Below, one piece after another: positions 55,161 through 64,000 of a stretch of 64,000 nt of DNA. The translations under genes were made by a program, and so were the position numbers. The stretch comes from Octopus vulgaris (lineage: Eukaryota): the NCBI GenBank assembly GCA_951406725.2, contig OX597817.1, positions 175,646,001 to 175,710,000 on the forward strand, written 5' to 3'. Position 1 is the first letter of the stretch, and the number at the start of each line of letters is the position of its first letter. Under the pieces are notes generated by a model. It was not told the DNA's origin. It ran no database searches and was given only the letters and a program-made list of their open reading frames with translations.

Positions 55161-55924
55161 TATATATACGTTTGTGTGTGTGTATATACAGCGGACATTC
55201 ACACAATTTCTATCAACCAAATTTATCCACAAAACTTTGGTCGGGTCGGAGTAGAAACAGAAGACACTTGCCCAAGTTGCCGCTCATTGGGACTGAGCCC
55301 TAAAATCTGCAAATTTCTTAACCACACATTTATAGCCGTATAATATTTCTAAGAAAATTGTATAAAAATGGGAAAATTTCCAACGGGAAAGGAACAATTA
55401 TCAATTGCAGAAGTAAGCAGAAAGTGCTACTTGCCCTAACAATTATTGAATTTTCTAAATCTAAGCCTGCATTAGTTTTCTTCATGAACAGTTAAGAATT
55501 TACCTTCCGCAACAGCTTTATCTGTTAGAATTCTGTTGGCGATTTATCTGAAACCTGAGACGTCAACATTTGAAACATTCGGATCTTTACTACATATAAA
55601 TATCGCAACCACAAATAAAAATAAAAGATATATGTCCCTGAATTTAAAGATGTATTCCGATCCTATTTAGGAAATGATGGAAATTCCTCCAATGAGTAAA
55701 GTGAGATCAAAAGATATCTTCTTTCTTTTATGTCCGATAACAGTTTTCAATTTTTCCTTCTTGCATCACGTTCTGTCATTCTCGCTTTGATAACGTATTT
55801 TGTTTTCCTTCTTTGCTTCTCATTTGTAATAATAAACTTCTATGCTAGATACACTAATAAAAATAAGTCAGGTTTACCATTGGTTTTTAATTTAAGCACA
55901 ATAACAGCAGTCGTAAGGAGTAGC

Positions 55925-56466
55925 AGCTTCGTCGCTGCCATCGACTCCAGTACTTGACTGGTACTGTTTTATCGACTTCTTGAGGGATGAAAGGCAAAGT
56001 AGATACTGGCGGAATTTGAACTCAGAATATATAGAATCGAAAGACATATTGGTTTCAAATTTTTGCGCAAGGCCACCAATTTCAGGGAAGAGGGAGAGGA
56101 CCTAGTGTTTCACTGGTACTTATCTCATCGACGCCGAAAGGGGGAAAAGCAAAATCAACATTGGCAGAATTTGAACTCAGAACGTAAAGACGGACGAAAT
56201 ACCGCTAAGCATTTTGCCCGTGTGCTAACGATACTTATTTCTTTATTGCCCACAAGGGGTTACACACAGAGGGGACAAACAAGGACAGACAAACGGATTA
56301 AGTCGATTATATCGACCCCAGTGCGTAACTGGTACTCATTTAATCGACCCCGAAAGGATGAAAGGCAAAGTCGACATCGGCGGAATTTGAACTCAGAACG
56401 TAACGGCAGACGAAATACGGCTACGCATTACACTCGGCGAGCTAACGATTCTGCCAGCTCGCCGCC
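55925..56466 (-). mobile_element. Stack of three family B SINEs
   Basis: GGCGGAATTTGAACTCAGAA-type core at ~56010, ~56165 and ~56380. Confidence 0.8.
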
Positions 56467-56504
56467 TTTATAGTAGAAAGAATGTTAATATTTAGAATAA
56501 TTTA

Positions 56505-56658
56505 TATGGCTGTGTGGTAAGTAGCTTGCTTATCAACCACATGGTTCCGGGTTCAGTCCCACTTCGTGGCACCTTGGAGAAGTGTCTTCTACTATAGCCT
56601 CAGTCGACCAAAGCCTTATGAGTGGATTTTGTAGACGGAAACTGAAAGAAGCTCGTCG

Positions 56659-56708
<50 letters not shown>

Positions 56709-56880
56709 TCGCCCCATTATCGCGTGACAACCGACGCTGGTGTGTTTACCTCCCCGTAACTTAGCGGTTCGGCAAAACAGACCGATAGAATAAGTACTAG
56801 GGTTACAAATAATAAGTCCTGGGGGTCGATTTGCTCCAGCATGGTCGCAGTCAAATGACTGAAACAAGTAAAAGAATAAA
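56505..56880 (+). mobile_element. SINE family A
   Basis: ATGGCTGTGTGGTAAGTAGCTTGC...CCCCGTAACTTAGCGGTTCGGC...CAGTCAAATGACTGAAACAAGTAAAAGA. Confidence 0.85.
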
Positions 56881-57651
56881 AGGAAAAAAAGAATAAAACC
56901 GATATAGAAAGAGGATATATGTCGTAAGATACAATTTATAAACACGGCAGACGCACCGAGGTCGATGAGTATGATGAAAGTATGCAAGAAAACTGACCCC
57001 CACATAAAACAACTGTAAACCGAAGGGATTGGAAGAAACGTGTATTCAGGTACACATAGAAATAGCAAGCTGGTTTAAAATATCCAATACAAAACTATTT
57101 CATAAAAGGTTTGGAATAGGTGATAATAGCACAGGATAATACAAGCGTAAAGTATGCGGTTAACACTTTACAAACGATGTCGACGATATTTCACTGCAGA
57201 TCAGACAACAAACAAGCCCTTGTCGCGACACTCGCTTTGAAATGAAGATAAGACGTAATGAATTTTCAAGTGTTGTTCAACTTTTGGAAGTTCAAATCAT
57301 ATGTTTATGATTATAATTGTGAAGAAATATTTTAAAGTGAGGAGACGATTTAATATCAACGGACCGACCAAATACAATAGATGTGGTCAGCAACGAACAT
57401 TGAAGTGCACCAGTCTTAAGAAATGCTTTCGTCATATTAACGAGATATCAAAAGAGAAATTCAGAGATCCGTGAAAGATATTAAAATTATACAAGCAATA
57501 TTTAATGCGAAGTGATACTATAGTAATTTGTGCTTTCGGCACAATATGAGACGGTTTCCATCTAACCACTGAAAAGAAGCATTGATTTAACGTCGACTAT
57601 TGGTCAATAACTTGGAAAAGGAATTCAGCAGACAGAAAGTACAAAAACTAA

Positions 57652-58355
57652 GGCGGCGGTGGGCTGGCAGAAACGTTAGCCATCCGGGCGAAATGCTTTG
57701 TGGTATTTCGTCTGCCGTTACGTTCTGAGTTCAAATTCCGCCGAGGTCGACTTTGCCTTTCATCCTTTCGGGGTCGATAAATTAAGTACTAATTACGCAC
57801 TGGGGTCGATGTAATCGACTTAATCCGTTTATCTGTCCTTGTTTGTCCTCTCTATGTTTAGCCCCTTCGTGGGTAGTAAAGAAATAAGAAACTACAAAAA
57901 CTTACCGTATCTATTCTTTCTAATTTTGGTACAAGGCCAGCAATTTTGAGTGGAGGGGTAAGGCGATTACCTCGATTCCGGTGTTTGACTGGTACAGCTT
58001 TATTCTATTGACACCTAAAGAATAAAAGGTGAAGTCGTCCTCGATGGCATTTGAACCCAACATAAAGAGCCGGAAAAAATGCCACTAAGTATTTTGTCTG
58101 GCGTACTAACGATTCTCTCAGCTCGCTGCCTCAATGCTTGTATGTTAGTAATAATAATTATCGGCTTGAAGGCGGTGAACTAACAGAATTACACGTTAGC
58201 ACGCCGGGCAAAATGCATCTTATTCGTCTTTACATTCTGAGGTCAAATTCCGCCGAAGTCGACTTTTGCATTTCATTTTTCCGAATTCGATAAAATAAGT
58301 ATCAACGGATTTTGGAGTCGAAATTGCTGGCCTTGTGCTAAAATGTTTGAAATCA
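57652..58355. mobile_element. Cluster of family B SINEs in alternating orientation (+,-,+)
   Basis: 57652-57887 plus (young), ~57915-58130 minus, ~58170-58355 plus. Confidence 0.8.
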
Positions 58356-58750
58356 ATATTATATGACTTCATGGTTTGTATAAAAAGGAAACAAAAAGGG
58401 AAAGAAACTCCGCAGGAATAAGCATTACTAAATATTTCATCTATTTTTAAGTTCGTCGAAGAATAAAATATTTAACGTATTAAATTCAGGATACTCGAAC
58501 ATTAGTGAGGCTTTTCTTTTTCTCTATCAAGGTTAATTATATCTTTTAAAATTCAGAAACGTCTAGATATCTCTTGTGACAAACTTCGGTGACTTTTCTA
58601 CTCAATGTAACCCATGTCTATAACCTGTTAATGGTGACATAATTCACATCGAAGTGAAACATCTTTGCTTTCACGAGGATATTTATTTTAGAAATTAGAT
58701 TATTTTTAAAGGTTCTTTATCGTTCAAATTCGTAAGTCAAACATTCTTCT

Positions 58751-58782
<32 letters not shown>

Positions 58783-58919
58783 CATACATACATACATACA
58801 TACATACATACATACGAAATGTTGAAATTTCAATGAAGGAGCCTTGGATTTAGGTTAGAAACCGGCTCTTTCTCTATCGGTAATAAATCTTGAAATAAAA
58901 CTGAACAATGACATACATA

Positions 58920-59290
58920 GTGATTACATCTCTTCACAAATGGCTACTGTCTCCTCGTGCTTCGTTGACAGTGGCATTTTTCACTCTCCGTCCATGACTT
59001 CTCAGATGAGCATTCAGTCTTGTTGCAGATCTTCATGGTTTGAAACATAAGTGACAGAGTGTTATGTCGCACGTTCCGATGCCTTCTACTCAACTCGACT
59101 CCGACTGCTACTCAACTCTGTTCTCTCCTACTCTCCTGGCGTCTAGGCTTCTCCCTCTATGTCTACGTATTGGGCTAGTCTACTTCATCGTCTGTGGGGG
59201 CGTCCACACATCACAGAGGAAAGTTGTAACTTACTGTGAGCTTCCAGATGGTTACGTCTGCACACGTCACCAATCGTCCATCACCATAGG
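58920..59290 (-). mobile_element. Decayed RTE-like LINE 3' remnant
   Basis: Minus frames give P.RRHRGR...EDLQQ...MD; weak similarity to the RTE C-terminus. Confidence 0.35.
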
Positions 59291-59728
59291 ACTTTCTGTA
59301 GACGGAATAAAATAGAATAAAATAAAGGAAGAATAAAAAGATATATGTACGACATTGGCTTATAGTGATAAACGTTTACACAACACGAACATCACTCACT
59401 GAGCCTCTGTGATTAGAACCCAGTGGCAGGCCGAAGTCAGATTACCAGTAATCGCGTGAAGACGCAGGGTTTTCATCAGAATGTCCCTTTTCTAGTAGGA
59501 TGCTGTGACAACAAGAGGACGCCTTACTTTTGATAGTTCTACTGCAGGACTTGGCGCCAGCCACGCATATTTCTGAGCCCCCGCGCCCAAATGGATTCTC
59601 ATCACAAAATACTAGTTAACCCATAGCTTGAACTCTGACTCGTGCTTCCACTCCGAGTCAAAAATCCGTAACCCACGTACCAGAGCCCTACTACCTGATG
59701 CAGTATAAAGTCGTACCCAGGACATAAC

Positions 59729-59753
59729 ATGCATACATACATACATACATACA

Positions 59754-59785
<32 letters not shown>

Positions 59786-60509
59786 CAGACAAACAAACAT
59801 ACATACATACATACATACATACATACATGTACAGACAAACATACATACATATACAGACAAACATACATACATACATACATACATACATACATACATACAT
59901 ACATACATACATACATACATACATACGTACAGACAAACAAACATACATACATACATACATACATACATACATGTACAGACAAACATACATACATATACAG
60001 ACAAACATACATACATACATATACATACATACATACATACATACATACATACATACATACATACATACATACATACATACATACATACAGACAAACAAAC
60101 ATACATACATACATACATACATACATACATACATACATACATACATACATACATACATACATACATACATACATACATACATACATACATACATACATAC
60201 ATACATACATACATACATACATACATACATACATACATACATACATACAAACATACATACATACATACATACATACATACATACATACATACATACATAC
60301 ATACAGACAAACATACATACATACATACATACATACATACATACATACATACATACATACATACATACATACATACATACATACATACATACATACATAC
60401 ATACATACATACATACATACATACATACATACATACATACATACATACATACATACATACATACATACATACATACATACATACATACATACATACATAC
60501 ATACATACA

Positions 60510-60541
<32 letters not shown>

Positions 60542-60579
60542 CAGACAAACATACATACATACATACATACATACATACA

Positions 60580-60611
<32 letters not shown>

Positions 60612-60793
60612 CAGACAAACATACATACATACATACATACATACATACATACATACATACATACATACATACATACATACATACATACATACATACATAC
60701 ATACATACATACATACATACATACATACATACATACATACATACATACATACATACATACATACATACATACATACATACATACATACATACA

Positions 60794-60825
<32 letters not shown>

Positions 60826-61151
60826 CAGACAAACAAACATACATACATACATACATACATACATACATACATACATACATGTACAGACAAACATACATAC
60901 ATATACAGACAAACATACATACATACATACATACATACATACATACATACATACATACATACATACATACATACATACATACATGTACAGACAAACAAAC
61001 ATACATACATACATACATACATACATGTACAGACAAACAAACATACATACATACATACATACATACATACATGTACAGACAAACATACATACATATACAG
61101 ACAAACATACATACATACATACATACATACATACATACATACATACATACA

Positions 61152-61183
<32 letters not shown>

Positions 61184-61187
61184 CATA
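59729..61187. repeat. ~1.45-kb (CATA)n array with higher-order variants
   Basis: Recurrent CATGTACAGACAAAC / ATATACAGACAAAC interruptions. Confidence 0.97.
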
Positions 61188-61324
61188 TTCACGTTCGAAA
61201 CTAAAGCTAGCACTCCTATTAGCTACTACCACATTATAACGTTCAGACTTTCTACTAACATCGCTTTTCCTAACTCAACTCTATTTTGATCAAAGGCCTC
61301 GGACCTGGGATTATTATTATTATT

Positions 61325-61377
<53 letters not shown>

Positions 61378-61387
61378 TATTATTATC

Positions 61388-62387
<1,000 letters not shown>

Positions 62388-63765
62388 AGTTCATGTAATA
62401 TTCTCAACTGTATCTGGATCTCCGTTTAAAATTTGCTAAAGATTGGTTGAGAAACGGCAGCGACGTTGTTTCAAGACAGACCAACATCGATGCTTATAGA
62501 CATGAGAAAAGAATCGGATCTGAGACCTGGTTCTTATAGCAAATCAGTCTTGTTGGATTGCTATTGTGCAACAATCAATTCTACCCTGAAATAATCCCGT
62601 ACAGGTATCGACTTGATATTATCAAACGGTTAAGATGAACTATTAACGATCAGCTATCTACTGTTTTTATTCGTTGCGTAGTCAGATATTTATGCTTCTA
62701 AGCTGATATTTAAAAACAAATATTGCAGTCAAAAAATCATTTAAAATTTCCGGATTATTGAATTCATATTGTTCTTATCTTTGTCCTGTTCGTTGATCTA
62801 TTCGTGTCAAAGAAATTCTACACAAAAAGATTAACTTAATAATCCGGAAACGTTAAATTACTCTCCTCAAAATATTCATCTTAACAATTCAAATATGTAA
62901 TTTCCTTTGTAATTTTATCTGTTATATTAAAACTGAAGAAAAATTGTCTGGATTCGTTTTAAAACCAACAGGTATTCAGAAATATTTCAAAATGGAATAT
63001 AAAGTCAATATTTGTTTTAAAGTGGAATTCTATTTTTTTTTTTCTTTTTGTATATTGTTCTTCAAAATTTTTTTTGATATTTTAAAACTTGTTTTTGTTC
63101 TTTCGTCTTCATCTCAAACCAAGAAACTGTAAAATTACTATGATGGAATCATTCACATTAATTCACTTCAAGGATAAATAATTTCTCAGAAATACCCATT
63201 CCTAATCACATACAAATATGTGTGCATATAGCAGGCAAGAGATATTTTCTTTCTTATACTGCAACGTAAAATAGTTTCTAGTTGGATGACCAAAATAAGT
63301 TTGTTTAGATATATTGTCTAACATAATTCTTTAGTTTAAAAGTAGTTGAAGTAATATAAGTGTAATAATTCTGTTAAAACTTAAATGTTTCCAGTGTATA
63401 TGTTGCATATTGCTAAGTTCTCACACTTTCAAGCATTGGAATTTCTTGTTTTATTTTTGATGCTTGATGGAAAGAAGGAAGGGTACACTGGGCAATGTAG
63501 TTCTAGATAATGAAGATGGTGTAGCGACTACTAATTAGTGGAACGACTTTGATTATAGTTATGCTCGATCAGTGCTGAGTTGAGACTCAATGACCACTAA
63601 GTCTCTTCCACTAGGCTACACGCTCGAGATTCTGTAGAGTCTGCCAACATGGCCTCCAAGAGAAAATTTGCAACGAACCCTCGAGTGGAGGCCATCTTGG
63701 AGAGACCCCTTCGAAAATCTAAGGAATGCACATGATTTTTTGAGAGAGCGCGAGAGAGAGAGGGA

Positions 63766-63872
<107 letters not shown>

Positions 63873-64000
63873 CTATCAGATATTCAAGAGTCTGTTCTTA
63901 GTTCTCCGGGTCTTGAACTGTTGTACCCACTGAAAACACCCTTCTTACAGTCCCTGATTACGCATCTTGAACGTTTTTCTTTCTTCACTGTTTAGTTTTT

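Noticed and set aside
59602-61239. 470-533 aa ORFs (MYVC/HTYI repeats)
   Set aside because: Translations of (CATA)n, which lacks stops; no coding evidence

Overview
AT-rich, microsatellite-saturated eukaryotic non-coding DNA. The SINE/LINE/MITE families and the extreme (TA)n/(CATA)n/(AAT)n load look like an octopod cephalopod (Octopus-like) genome; this is inferred from recalled repeat families, not from a search. No intact host protein-coding gene is supported, and nearly all long ORFs in the track are microsatellite translations. Recognisable content: three abundant tRNA-derived SINE families; remnants of CR1, RTE and R4/Dong-type RLE LINEs; two Penelope-like (PLE) GIY-YIG endonuclease remnants; a hAT transposase remnant; a Helitron PIF1 remnant and two non-autonomous Helitrons; three Tc1/mariner elements (one DD41D). 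The most interesting hidden layer is a dense population of hammerhead-ribozyme (HHR) motifs, several near-intact, carried by short PLE-derived elements in (TA)n tracts. These include an ~880-bp foldback element with an HHR on each strand, and a recurring GAAA...CUGANGA (permuted order) motif shared by at least two repeat families. Also present are several TA-anchored inverted duplications, three non-repeat structured-RNA candidates and a few candidate isolated exons.
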